This document shows, piece after piece, positions 1-8,941 of a stretch of 64,000 nucleotides of DNA. The stretch comes from Vicinamibacteria bacterium. GTDB taxonomy: Bacteria; Acidobacteriota; Vicinamibacteria; Vicinamibacterales; CAVVIG01. The notes under the pieces were generated by a model. The model was given only the letters and a program-made list of their open reading frames with translations, had not been told where the DNA came from and made no database searches. Position numbers and translations under genes: made by a program. The stretch's first letter is position 1, and each line of letters begins with the position of its first letter. The stretch covers positions 1,525 through 65,524 of the forward strand of contig JBGPKK010000004.1 in NCBI GenBank assembly GCA_041485905.1. Direction: 5' to 3'.

Positions 1-1073
1 GAAATGTGATTGCGCACGTAGTCCCGCGCCTGCCTGGAAATGACCTCTGAGCGAACCCCCATGTGTACGTTGACCTTCCGGATCTGATTCGAGTTGTACG
101 TCACGTTCGCCACCACGTCGGTGTACGGCAGCGACGTCACTTTGGTCGGGTTGTTCACGCCGTCGACCAGGTCGTAGGTGAGATCGAGATCCTCGACGAC
201 GCCGGCGAGCGCCTGGGGCGTGAAATGATTCACGACCCGCGTCAACCGCGGCGTCCCCGGCGTCGTGATGTTGTCGACGTAATAGCTGATCATCAGCGCG
301 CGAAACATCGACGTCTTGTCGGTCGTGTCCCAGGCGCTCGTCGTGGTCTGCACCTGCTTGATCAGGATGATCGGCACCTGGGGCGCGGTGAACTGGTTGA
401 AATGGAACGAGTCATTCGAGTTGTTCATGCCGAAATAGATGTGCGTGGCGTCCTTGCTGGTGATCGTCTGGATGGCGGTGCCCTTCGAGTTCTTGAAGAG
501 CACGAGATCGCCGACCAGGATCGGCGGCGTATCGTTCGTGGTATCTCCGGTCAGCCAGAGCGAAGTGATGGGCAGCGTCACCGACTGTCCGTTGTTCGCG
601 ATCGTGCCTTCGAGCACCGTCGGCGTGCCCGGAACGAGGGGCGGCGTCTGGACGACCGGCACGAACTCGTCGACCGTCATGATCGTGATCATGTCGGTCT
701 GCGATCCGTTGATGGTCGGCCCGAGCTGAAATCCGGTCGTAATGGCCGCAAGATTCAGCGTCGTGTCTGCGTCGACCACCAGATCGAATGTGAGCGACGT
801 GAGGGGCGGCCCCGGCCTGGCGAACGAGGTGACGCCGGCGCCGCTCGGCATCGGGATCCCCTCGGGTCCGATGATCCGGCCCGCCATCATGACGTCTCTG
901 ACCAGTTGGTTCGTCCCGGCCCGCAGGTTCTGGTTCGTATCCGACAACTGCGCCGCCGAGTCGGTGATCCAGAGCCCGTTTCTGAACGTCGTCAGGGCCG
1001 CGCCGGTGACGATCAGCGTAATGGTGGTGCTGACCAGAAGCTCGGTAATCGTGAAGCCGTGTTCGCGCGACAT
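1..1073 (-). CDS. Minor pseudopilin, PilW/GspJ-like (type IV pilus or T2SS); 3' end runs off the window start
   Basis: Own translation of the minus strand from ATG at 1073: MSREHGFTITELLVSTTITLIVTGAAL... This is a prepilin-type N-terminal cleavage/methylation motif (G|FTxxE plus a hydrophobic helix). The frame stays open to position 1. It is absent from the ORF track because it is open-ended. Confidence 0.7.
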   Translation of the reverse strand, partial: MSREHGFTITELLVSTTITLIVTGAALTTFRNGLWITDSAAQLSDTNQNLRAGTNQLVRDVMMAGRIIGPEGIPMPSGAGVTSFARPGPPLTSLTFDLVVDADTTLNLAAITTGFQLGPTINGSQTDMITIMTVDEFVPVVQTPPLVPGTPTVLEGTIANNGQSVTLPITSLWLTGDTTNDTPPILVGDLVLFKNSKGTAIQTITSKDATHIYFGMNNSNDSFHFNQFTAPQVPIILIKQVQTTTSAWDTTDKTSMFRALMISYYVDNITTPGTPRLTRVVNHFTPQALAGVVEDLDLTYDLVDGVNNPTKVTSLPYTDVVANVTYNSNQIRKVNVHMGVRSEVISRQARDYVRNHI

Positions 1074-1095
1074 CCTGTGCACGTGGTTGCTCTTT

Positions 1096-1641
1096 CTATG
1101 AGTACGCCGAGATGAACGTGGACAGCGTGTAGGTGCGCTTGGTCGGACCGTTCTGGTACGTGATCGTCACGGTCACCGATCGCAGCTGGCCGTTTTCATT
1201 CGCGACGTCGCGGATCGCGATTTCTCGCGTGTATTGGCCGAGAGTAATCGTCTGGTCGTCGGCCGTGTAGAGCGTCTGATCCCTGCCCGGCAGGAGGATC
1301 GCTTCGATCGCTTCGTCGTCGGCCGTGTTGACCAGGCCGTCGTCACCCGGCGTCTTCAGCGGCTGCGGTCCGTCGACGAAGATGCCGCCGTCGGCGCCCG
1401 TCGCGCCGTGCACGTTGCGGATCTGCACCCATGTCAGCTTGTGGGAATCGCGCGCGCTGTAGACCGCCTCGATCGCCTGGGAGGCCTTCTGCGTGACGAT
1501 CACGTCGGCGGGCGAGCTGCTCAGGTTCTGCATGCCCGTCGCGAGCACCGCGGCGGCCCCCAGCACGCCGACCGTCAGCACCCCGAGCGCGATCATCGTC
1601 TCGACGAGCGAGAAGCCGTTCTGAGATGACGTGCGAAGCAT
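1096..1641 (-). CDS. Prepilin-type N-terminal cleavage/methylation domain protein (PilV/GspI-like pseudopilin)
   Basis: Internal Met 203 of track ORF 1096..2247 gives MLRTSSQNGFSLVETMIALGVLTVGVL..., the classic G|FSLVE pilin leader plus helix. The upstream 202 codons are Arg/His-rich shadow sequence. Confidence 0.75.
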   Translation of the reverse strand: MLRTSSQNGFSLVETMIALGVLTVGVLGAAAVLATGMQNLSSSPADVIVTQKASQAIEAVYSARDSHKLTWVQIRNVHGATGADGGIFVDGPQPLKTPGDDGLVNTADDEAIEAILLPGRDQTLYTADDQTITLGQYTREIAIRDVANENGQLRSVTVTITYQNGPTKRTYTLSTFISAYS

Positions 1642-1643
1642 GG

Positions 1644-2213
1644 CTACACCACGTTCCAGTTCTTGCCGTCCCATTTGTAGCCGCGCACGCGCCCCGTCGA
1701 TCCGAAGATCGTGATGGCCCGCGCCGACCGCGGGATGCCGGAGATGGACAGGAACACGGTGCCGTTGGCCGAGACGCCATCCTGGTTGACCAGCTGGCCG
1801 TCCGGTGTGAATTTCACATTGGTCACGGAGCCGAAATAGGTCGCGGAGTTCATGCCGAAATGCTCGGGCGTATCGGGCACGCCGGTGCCGAACGAGTACG
1901 TCACGCCGCCCTCGAGGAGGACGGTCGAGATCGTCGTGGTCGTCGTCGTCGTGTCTTCCCGGACAATCGCCACCTGGTTGGGATTGGTGAACGTGACGCG
2001 CATGAAACGGCGCTGCGTGATGGCGAGCTCGCGCGCTTGATTCAGCCGTCCGAGAACGACGCGCATGCCCCCGTCGGCTTTCAGGCCGGGGCGCGAGGCG
2101 TTGATCTGGAGCACAGCCATGCCCGACAGGATGGCCATGAGGCCCATCACGAGCATCATCTCCACGAGGTTGTAGCCGGCCTCTCTGTTCAAACGATAGT
2201 TCTCTTGAGTCAT
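1644..2213 (-). CDS. GspH/FimT-like pseudopilin
   Basis: Met 38 of ORF 1644..2324 gives MTQENYRLNREAGYNLVEMMLVMGLMAILSG..., a prepilin methylation motif (G|YNLVE). It lies 2 nt upstream of the next pilin gene, so the three genes form an operon. Confidence 0.75.
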   Translation of the reverse strand: MTQENYRLNREAGYNLVEMMLVMGLMAILSGMAVLQINASRPGLKADGGMRVVLGRLNQARELAITQRRFMRVTFTNPNQVAIVREDTTTTTTTISTVLLEGGVTYSFGTGVPDTPEHFGMNSATYFGSVTNVKFTPDGQLVNQDGVSANGTVFLSISGIPRSARAITIFGSTGRVRGYKWDGKNWNVV

Positions 2214-2242
2214 TCTCTGTCCTGTCTGGCTGACCTTCGGAA

Positions 2243-2258
2243 CGCAAAGTCGATGCCG
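2243..2258 (-). promoter_or_regulatory. Candidate sigma-54 (-24/-12) promoter of the pseudopilin operon
   Basis: The minus strand reads CGGCATCGACTTTGCG. GG and GC have exactly the spacing of the TGGCAC-N5-TTGC consensus. The element ends about 30 nt upstream of the ATG at 2213. Confidence 0.45.
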
Positions 2259-2419
2259 TAGCTTTGATGACGACAACACATTGACCCTGAATAACTTATC
2301 GGCGATTTCGATTTCGAGCTTCAATTGGCGCTCGTACGGAAACTGCCAGATCGGTTACGATTTCGTGATTTCACGGGGTCGCCGGAGCCGGCACCTGTCA
2401 CGCGTCAACGCGGTGCATC

Positions 2420-4222
2420 ATGCACACCCCGCCGGTCGTGCCCCGTGATAGGTTACTCATCGCTTTTATGAACGGCGGCAAGCTCATTGTGTTGACGGCA
2501 CCACTTACCGAATCGATCGATCACGCCGGGTACTTCATTCAGATGAGCATGGCGTCGCTGCCGATGTGGCTCGAGGGTATTCTGAACAAGAAGTACCCGA
2601 AATGGCGCGACGTCGAGCGCAATCAGGATCACTCGGCGCGTTACATGCCGGCAGGGCTGCGCGTACTCGAAGCGGCGCTCCTCCGCGAGTACGACCCGAA
2701 CGACATCGTCGCCTGCTACCCGGACGATCTGGACACGTTCATCGGCCCCGACACCCGCATCGTCGCGGTGTCCACGCATAATCCGCTCGGCGTCACGTTC
2801 GCGGCGGGCGTCTACACCTCCATTTTTGGGTCCGCAAAGCAGCCGATCAACTCTCACTACGCCCGCGAGATGTTCGACCGCGTGAAAGCCAGCCCGTTCC
2901 GCCAGAACTTCAAGGTCATCGTCGGCGGGTCGGGCGGCTGGCAGATCTCGCAGACCAACATGTGGGACGAACTGAGCGTCGACTGCATCGTTGAAGGACG
3001 GAGCGAGTCCACGGCGACGATGGATCTGTTCGCGAAGGCGATTCGCGGAGAGGCGCTGCCCCGCCAGATCGACGTTGGCCACCCTCGCGAGCGCGACGGT
3101 ATCCTCATTCCCGACAAGCGGACGACGTTCGGGGTCGTCGAGATGACGACCGGCTGCGGCCGGCGGTGCCAGTTCTGTCTGCCGGACTTGAACCCGCAGC
3201 TCGACGTGCCCAAAAACCGGATGATGCAGGCGGTCCGCGCCAACGTGCGCGACGGCAACAATCAGATCTCGCTGGCCACCGAAGACATGTTCATCTGGGG
3301 CCAGGTCCACACTGACACGCCCTTTTACTTCCCGAACCGCGAAGCGCTGCTGGACCTGTATTCCGAAATCGTCACGACGCCGGGCGTCGACCACCATGTG
3401 CTGAGCCACGCCACGATTGCGCCCGCGGTAGTGGATCCGCTCCTTATTAAGAAGCTGTCGGATTTGTGCCTGGACAAGAGTCCGATCAAGCTGCCGCTGC
3501 TCAGCACGCATCCCGAAAAGCGCGCGCTCGTGCCTCTCATTGGGCTCGAAACCGGATCGGTGCGCACGGCAAGACAGATTATGCCGAGCAAGGGCGTGCC
3601 GTTCTCGATCGAGGACTGGCCGAGCGTCGTGGTCAGGGGCCTCGAAGTGCTGAACGAACACAACTGGTTTCCTGCGATGACGCTCATCATCGGCAACCCC
3701 GGCGAAACCGATGACGACGTCAAGGCGACGATCGATCTGATTTACGAAGTCGAGCGGCGCGGTCTCTTCGCGTTCTTCATCCCGTCCATCTTCACGCCAC
3801 TCCACGACACGCGCATGGAGCAGAGGACAGGCGTCACCCAGACAAAGCAGCTCTCACCGCTTCAGTGGCAGTTAATGATGAAGTGCTGGAAGATGAACCT
3901 GCGGCCGGGACAAATGAGCTGGTGGGGACCGATGGCCTGGCGGCTGGGGGCTCTCGGGCTGTGGGCGTACAAGCTGCGCAAGCTCAACGGGCCCAATTTC
4001 ACCTGGCCGATGCTGATGTTCGCCAGCGCGTTGCCGGAAGCGGTCCTCGGCAAGCTTGGCAAGATCCACGTCGGCCGGCCGGTGCCGATCAAGACGCGCA
4101 AAGAGCTGCTCGCCACGATCAAGCCCCACCAGTGGCAATACCTGCGCGAAGACAACGGCGACGTGCCCCAGAGTGGGCCCGCGCCGACGCCGCAGCGCAT
4201 CATCATGGCTCCGGCAGTTTAA
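2420..4222 (+). CDS. Radical SAM protein with an N-terminal B12-binding-like (Rossmann) domain
   Basis: CGRRCQFC (CxxxCxxC) cluster motif preceded by a VAVSTHNPLG...VIVGGSGG Rossmann-like segment. The start is uncertain; an alternative is Met 17 at 2468. Confidence 0.8.
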   Translation: MHTPPVVPRDRLLIAFMNGGKLIVLTAPLTESIDHAGYFIQMSMASLPMWLEGILNKKYPKWRDVERNQDHSARYMPAGLRVLEAALLREYDPNDIVACYPDDLDTFIGPDTRIVAVSTHNPLGVTFAAGVYTSIFGSAKQPINSHYAREMFDRVKASPFRQNFKVIVGGSGGWQISQTNMWDELSVDCIVEGRSESTATMDLFAKAIRGEALPRQIDVGHPRERDGILIPDKRTTFGVVEMTTGCGRRCQFCLPDLNPQLDVPKNRMMQAVRANVRDGNNQISLATEDMFIWGQVHTDTPFYFPNREALLDLYSEIVTTPGVDHHVLSHATIAPAVVDPLLIKKLSDLCLDKSPIKLPLLSTHPEKRALVPLIGLETGSVRTARQIMPSKGVPFSIEDWPSVVVRGLEVLNEHNWFPAMTLIIGNPGETDDDVKATIDLIYEVERRGLFAFFIPSIFTPLHDTRMEQRTGVTQTKQLSPLQWQLMMKCWKMNLRPGQMSWWGPMAWRLGALGLWAYKLRKLNGPNFTWPMLMFASALPEAVLGKLGKIHVGRPVPIKTRKELLATIKPHQWQYLREDNGDVPQSGPAPTPQRIIMAPAV

Positions 4223-4223
4223 G

Positions 4224-4251
4224 TCGTCAATCGACTGTCGACTGTCGTCTG
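4224..4251. repeat. Tandem heptamers TCGTCAA TCGACTG TCGACTG TCGTCTG directly after a stop codon
   Basis: Read directly. The array starts 2 nt after the TAA at 4220-4222 and is followed by ATTTTGG. Confidence 0.8.
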
Positions 4252-4452
4252 ATTTTGGCGGCGCTCTTGGATTAAGGTTCAGGCGTGACCGCCTCGATCC
4301 TTTCGAAAGACTCCGCCGCCGTCGTGCTGGCTGCCGCCACAGCCGGGATGGGGCGATGAACCGCAGCTGCGACGCCACGCGTACGGGTCCCGTATGGATT
4401 GACCCGAAGCGCGATCAGCACGGAGTACGCGAACAAGTAGAATAGTCGCCAC

Positions 4453-6084
4453 ATGTCCGCGCGACTGACCGCTGCGACGCTCACCGCCGTCCTGATGTCG
4501 ATGGCGCCGCTCGCCGGCCAACCAAGCGCACCGACCCTCGACGTCCTGATCGCACGCGGGGGGCGGTATGTCGCCCAATTCATCGACCGCTTCTCGAACG
4601 TCGTCGCCGAAGAGCGCTACGTGCAGGACACGCTGGGCAACCTCCCGTCGGTCGCGCTGGGCGGACGCGGAGGCCTTCAACAAATGGCCCCGGCGTCGAG
4701 GCACCGGGAACTGAAGTCCGATTTTCTGCTCGTCAAAGTCGGGCCGTCAGATTTCTTGCCGTTCCGCGACGTCTTCGAGGTGGACGGCACGCCGATCCGC
4801 GATCGCGAACAGCGCCTCGCGAGACTCTTTCTGCAACCCGCGGCGACGGCGACGGAGCTGGCGCAGGCGCTGGACATCACCAAGGAAAGCGCGCGCTACA
4901 ACATCGGCGCGATGCAGCGCACGATCAACACCCCGATCATGGCGCTGACGTTTCTTCAGCTCGATACCCAGAGCCGCATCCGCTATACACTGGGCAAACG
5001 CGATCCGGCCGCCGGCGACAACGTCTGGATTGTCGAGTACAAGGAACAGGGGCGGCCGACGTTCGTTCGCGGCCTGCGGGACGCCGACATCCCGGCCTCC
5101 GGCCGCTTCTGGATTGACGCAGCCACCGGCCGCGTCGCAAAAGCGGAGCTCGCGCTCGACACACCAGGCATTCGCGCGCGCGTGACGACGACCTTCCGCC
5201 TCGACGAGCATTTCCAGATCGACGTACCGATCGAGATGCGCGAGCAGTACTTTCTCGATCGAGGGCAGGTCACAGGCACCGCCAGCTACGGCCGCTTCCG
5301 CCGGTTCGACGTCAACGCCGACGAGAGCTTTCACAATCCCACTGCGCAGACGATGACCCACACGCGGACGGGCATCGTGCTCACTGAGATGTCGTCCGGC
5401 CGGTTCACGATGGGAAGCCCCGCGTCGGAGATCGGCCGGCGGTCCGACGAGACGATGCACGACGTCACGATCAATCGTCCCTTCTTCCTCGGCCAGCACG
5501 AAGTGACGCAGCAGGAATGGCGCGCGCTGATGACGACCAATCCCAGCCGGTTCGCCGACTGCGGACCGCGCTGCCCCGTCGAGAACGTCACGTTCGCCCA
5601 GGTCGAGCAATTCATCGCGGCGTTGAACGGGTCCCCGGCCAACGACGTCGTGTTTCGCCTGCCCACCGAAGCCGAGTGGGAATACGCGTGCCGCGCGGGC
5701 ACCGCCGGTCCGTTCGCGACAGGCGACACGCTCACGACCGCGCAGGCCAACTACAACGGCAAACAGCGATACGGCAACGCCGCGCTGGGCCTGTTCCGTG
5801 AGCGGCCGACGCGCGCAGGCGGGTTCCCGCCCAACCCATGGGGCCTCGTCGACATGCACGGCAACGTCTGGGAGTGGACGGCGGACTGGTACGGCCCGTA
5901 CCCCCCCAGCGACGCAGTGGATCCGATCGGCGAGTCGGGCGATCGGCGCGTCATTCGTGGCGGCAGCTGGCAGACCGACGCGGCGGGCGCGCGCTGCGCG
6001 ATGCGGTCCACCCGGCAACCCGGTGACCGCGACTCCGCCGTCGGTTTTCGAGTCGCCGCCGACCGGAAGGTCCGACAAGAGTAA
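4453..6084 (+). CDS. Secreted protein with a C-terminal formylglycine-generating-enzyme (SUMF1/FGE) domain
   Basis: Signal-peptide-like N-terminus (LTAVLMSMAPLAGQ). The C-terminal half carries GRFTMGS..., LPTEAEWEYACRAGT, WGLVDMHGNVWEW and RGGSW motifs. Confidence 0.85.
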   Translation: MSARLTAATLTAVLMSMAPLAGQPSAPTLDVLIARGGRYVAQFIDRFSNVVAEERYVQDTLGNLPSVALGGRGGLQQMAPASRHRELKSDFLLVKVGPSDFLPFRDVFEVDGTPIRDREQRLARLFLQPAATATELAQALDITKESARYNIGAMQRTINTPIMALTFLQLDTQSRIRYTLGKRDPAAGDNVWIVEYKEQGRPTFVRGLRDADIPASGRFWIDAATGRVAKAELALDTPGIRARVTTTFRLDEHFQIDVPIEMREQYFLDRGQVTGTASYGRFRRFDVNADESFHNPTAQTMTHTRTGIVLTEMSSGRFTMGSPASEIGRRSDETMHDVTINRPFFLGQHEVTQQEWRALMTTNPSRFADCGPRCPVENVTFAQVEQFIAALNGSPANDVVFRLPTEAEWEYACRAGTAGPFATGDTLTTAQANYNGKQRYGNAALGLFRERPTRAGGFPPNPWGLVDMHGNVWEWTADWYGPYPPSDAVDPIGESGDRRVIRGGSWQTDAAGARCAMRSTRQPGDRDSAVGFRVAADRKVRQE

Positions 6085-6087
6085 CGG

Positions 6088-6170
6088 GAACACAATGGAC
6101 ACAAAGGACACCAAGGGAAGACCGATAGGAATTTTCCTTTGTGTCCTTAGTGTCCTTTGTGTTCGATCCG
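6088..6170. repeat. Miniature TIR-bounded element, copy 1 (ends GAACACAAWGGACAC)
   Basis: GAACACAATGGACACAAAGGACACC...CTTTGTGTCCTTAGTGTCCTTTGTGTTCGATCCG. The two ends are reverse complements. It is homologous to 8848..8920. Confidence 0.7.
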
Positions 6171-6985
6171 CGCTGGCGCTCCCCGCGGTCTCCATCGCCG
6201 CCGCCGCGCGCTCGATCCAGCCGGGCGAACTGGTCGTCCTGACGATCGACACCGCGGTCCGCGCGGATCGCCTGCGCGTGCGCGCGTTCAATCGCGAGAT
6301 GCCGGCCGTCCAAGTCGGTCCCCTGCAGTGGCGCGCCCTCGTCGGCATCGATCTCGGGACGGGTCCGGGTCGCTATCCCGTCACCATCGACGCACGATCA
6401 GGCGCACACACGGCGCACGCCGCACATGAACTGGTCGTGCTGCCGCGCCGGTTTCCGACGCGAACCCTGCAGGTCGACCCGGCCTTCGTGAATCCTCCGG
6501 CGAGCGCCAGCGCACGCATCGCCCGCGACGCGCGCGATCTGCAGGAGCTGTGGAAGCAATCGACGCCCGAGCCGCAGTGGTTAGAGGGGTTCCTCCGCCC
6601 GGTGCCGAACCCGGCGAACAGCGCGTTCGGGACGCGCAGTATCTACAACGGTCAGCCTCGGAGTCAGCACGGCGGCGCCGATTTTCTGAGCCCGCTTGGG
6701 ACACCGGTCAACGCGCCAAACGCCGCGCGCGTGGTGCTCGCGCGCGACCTGTACTTTCTGGGAAACACCGTCGTGCTCGATCACGGGCAGGGACTGTTCT
6801 CGATCCTCGCCCACCTGTCCATGCTCGCGGTGCGGCAGGGGGATGTCGTCACGGGCGGTCAGGTCGTCGGCCAGGTCGGCGCCACTGGCCGCGTCACCGG
6901 CCCGCATCTTCACTGGGCCGTGCGCGTCGCCGGCTCGCGCATCGATCCGCTGTCGTTAGTCGATCTCCTCGGTCCGCGACACTGA
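6095..6985 (+). CDS. M23 family metallopeptidase (LytM-like)
   Basis: HGGAD (HxxxD) and GPHLHWAV (HxH) motifs. Met 100 of ORF 5798..6985 gives a good signal peptide, MDTKDTKGRPIGIFLCVLSVLCVRSALA|LP. This start lies inside the repeat element. Confidence 0.8.
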   Translation: MDTKDTKGRPIGIFLCVLSVLCVRSALALPAVSIAAAARSIQPGELVVLTIDTAVRADRLRVRAFNREMPAVQVGPLQWRALVGIDLGTGPGRYPVTIDARSGAHTAHAAHELVVLPRRFPTRTLQVDPAFVNPPASASARIARDARDLQELWKQSTPEPQWLEGFLRPVPNPANSAFGTRSIYNGQPRSQHGGADFLSPLGTPVNAPNAARVVLARDLYFLGNTVVLDHGQGLFSILAHLSMLAVRQGDVVTGGQVVGQVGATGRVTGPHLHWAVRVAGSRIDPLSLVDLLGPRH

Positions 6986-6997
6986 TCAACACAAACG

Positions 6998-8794
6998 CTA
7001 GCGCCGAACCACCCGCGCATCGAGCGCGTCCCAGCGCGCGTACCCCACCGCCAGCTCGCTGTGCACCGCTTCCAGCCGCGCGAGCGTTCGCCTGATGGCG
7101 TCGGCCGCCTCCTTGTAAAACTCCGGATCGGCGATGGCGGCGTTGAGCTGACGCTCCTCGGCCTCGAGCGCCTCGATGTGCGACGGCAGTTCGTCGAATT
7201 CCCGCTGTTCTTTGAAGGACAGCTTCTTTTTCGGCTGTGAGTCGCCCGGCGCGGTTCCGGCGCGGGGCTTTCGCCGGAGATCACGACGAGCGGGTCCGAC
7301 CGGCGCGTCCACGTTGCGCTGCCGCAGCCAGTCTTCGTAGCCCCCCACATATTCCTGAATGCGGCCGTGGCCCTCGAACACGAGCGTGCTGGTGACGACG
7401 TTATCGAGGAACACACGATCGTGGCTGACGAGCAGCAAGGTGCCGGGCCACTCGACGAGCTGCGATTCGAGCAGCTCCAGGGTTTCCAGATCGAGATCGT
7501 TGGTCGGCTCGTCGAGCACGAGGAGGTTCGCCGGCCGGGTGAACAGCCGCGCGAGCAGCAGACGATTGCGCTCGCCTCCGGACAAGGCCTTCACCGGCGA
7601 ACGCGCCCGCTCCGCCGGGAAGAGGAAGTCGCGCAGGTACCCGTGCACGTGACGCGGCTGTCCGTTGACGGTGACCGTTTCGTTCCCGTCGCCGACGGTG
7701 TCGAACACGGTGCGCTCCGGATCGAGCTGCTCGCGCTGCTGATCGTAGTAGGCGATCTGGACGTTGGCGCCGCGCCGCACTTCGCCGGCATCCGGCTCGA
7801 CGGCGCCGAGCAACAACCGCAGCAACGTCGTTTTGCCGGTGCCGTTGGGACCGATGAGGCCGATGCGATCGCCCCGCATGACGCGCGTGCTGAAGTCGCG
7901 TACGACCGGCTTATCGCCAAACGCCTTACTGATGGCGTCCGCCTCGATGACGAGCTGTCCCGAGGGGTCGGCGCGTTCCATCTGCAGGCGCACCGAACCC
8001 GCCTCCGCCCGGCGCGCGGCGCGTTCCTCACGCATCGCTGTCAGCGCACGGACGCGGCCTTCGTTCCTCGTGCGGCGGGCCTTCACGCCCTGCCGCAGCC
8101 AGGCTTCCTCTTCGGCCAGCCGCTTGTCGAATTTCACCTGGTGGATCGCCTCGTTCGCCAGCCACGCCTCTTTCTTGCGCAGGAAACCCGCGTAGTCCCC
8201 CGGCCACGACAGGAGACGCCCGCGATCGATCTCGACAATCCGCGTGGCGATCCGCTGCAGGAACGCGCGATCGTGTGTGACGAAGATGACGGCGCCAGGA
8301 TAATCGACGAGAAACTCTTCGAGCCATGTGATGGCGGTGATGTCGAGGTGATTGGTCGGTTCGTCGAGCAGCAACACGTCGGGCTGGGAGACGAGCGCGC
8401 GCGCGAGCAGCACGCGGCGCTTTTCGCCGCCTGAGAGCGTGTCGACGATCCGATCGGGCGAGAGTTCCAGGTGCGACAGCACGCGATCGACGCGCCAGTG
8501 CTGGTCGTCTTCGCTACCCCCTAGGCCGTCGGCGACAACAGCGAAGACCGAGCGGGCGGCCGACAGCGGCACGTCCTGTTCGAGGCGGGCGGTTCGCACG
8601 CCGGGTTGACGCCAGATCGAACCGGCGTCGGGAGCCACCTCGCCGTCGATGACGCGAAGCAGCGTGGACTTCCCGGTCCCGTTTCTCCCGATCAGGGAGA
8701 CGCGCTCGCGCGCGTCGACCTGCAGCGCGATGTCGTTGAGCAACGGAAGGTGTCCGTACGCGATGGACACATGATCGAGGACGACGACCGGCAT
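6998..8794 (-). CDS. uup: ABC-F family ATPase, Uup-like
   Basis: Two Walker A motifs (GRNGTGKST, GPNGTGKTT) and two signatures (LSGGEKRR, LSGGERNR). The C-terminal coiled-coil tail is LSFKEQREFDELPSHIEALEAEE. The start is Met 286 of ORF 6998..9649 (MPVVVLDHVSIAYG). Confidence 0.9.
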   Translation of the reverse strand: MPVVVLDHVSIAYGHLPLLNDIALQVDARERVSLIGRNGTGKSTLLRVIDGEVAPDAGSIWRQPGVRTARLEQDVPLSAARSVFAVVADGLGGSEDDQHWRVDRVLSHLELSPDRIVDTLSGGEKRRVLLARALVSQPDVLLLDEPTNHLDITAITWLEEFLVDYPGAVIFVTHDRAFLQRIATRIVEIDRGRLLSWPGDYAGFLRKKEAWLANEAIHQVKFDKRLAEEEAWLRQGVKARRTRNEGRVRALTAMREERAARRAEAGSVRLQMERADPSGQLVIEADAISKAFGDKPVVRDFSTRVMRGDRIGLIGPNGTGKTTLLRLLLGAVEPDAGEVRRGANVQIAYYDQQREQLDPERTVFDTVGDGNETVTVNGQPRHVHGYLRDFLFPAERARSPVKALSGGERNRLLLARLFTRPANLLVLDEPTNDLDLETLELLESQLVEWPGTLLLVSHDRVFLDNVVTSTLVFEGHGRIQEYVGGYEDWLRQRNVDAPVGPARRDLRRKPRAGTAPGDSQPKKKLSFKEQREFDELPSHIEALEAEERQLNAAIADPEFYKEAADAIRRTLARLEAVHSELAVGYARWDALDARVVRR

Positions 8795-8847
8795 CTTACG
8801 AACGTACCACGAACGCGCCGCCAGGTTTCCTCTGCGCGTCGAAGATT

Positions 8848-8920
8848 GAACACAACGGACACGATGGAAAATACCCAAAGGCCTTAGCTTTGTGTCCTTG
8901 GTGTCCTTTGCGTTGATCCG
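8848..8920. repeat. Miniature TIR-bounded element, copy 2
   Basis: GAACACAACGGACAC...CTTTGTGTCCTTGGTGTCCTTTGCGTTGATCCG. Same orientation and same termini as 6088..6170. It sits in the divergent spacer between the uup-like gene and the TolB-like gene. Confidence 0.7.
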
Positions 8921-8941
8921 TGCGAAAATCAGGCCATCCAC

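Noticed and set aside
63-1115. 350-aa + strand ORF at the window start
   Set aside because: It is antisense to the PilW/GspJ-like pseudopilin, whose prepilin leader and hydrophobic helix are clear. The + strand product is Arg/Asp/His-rich.
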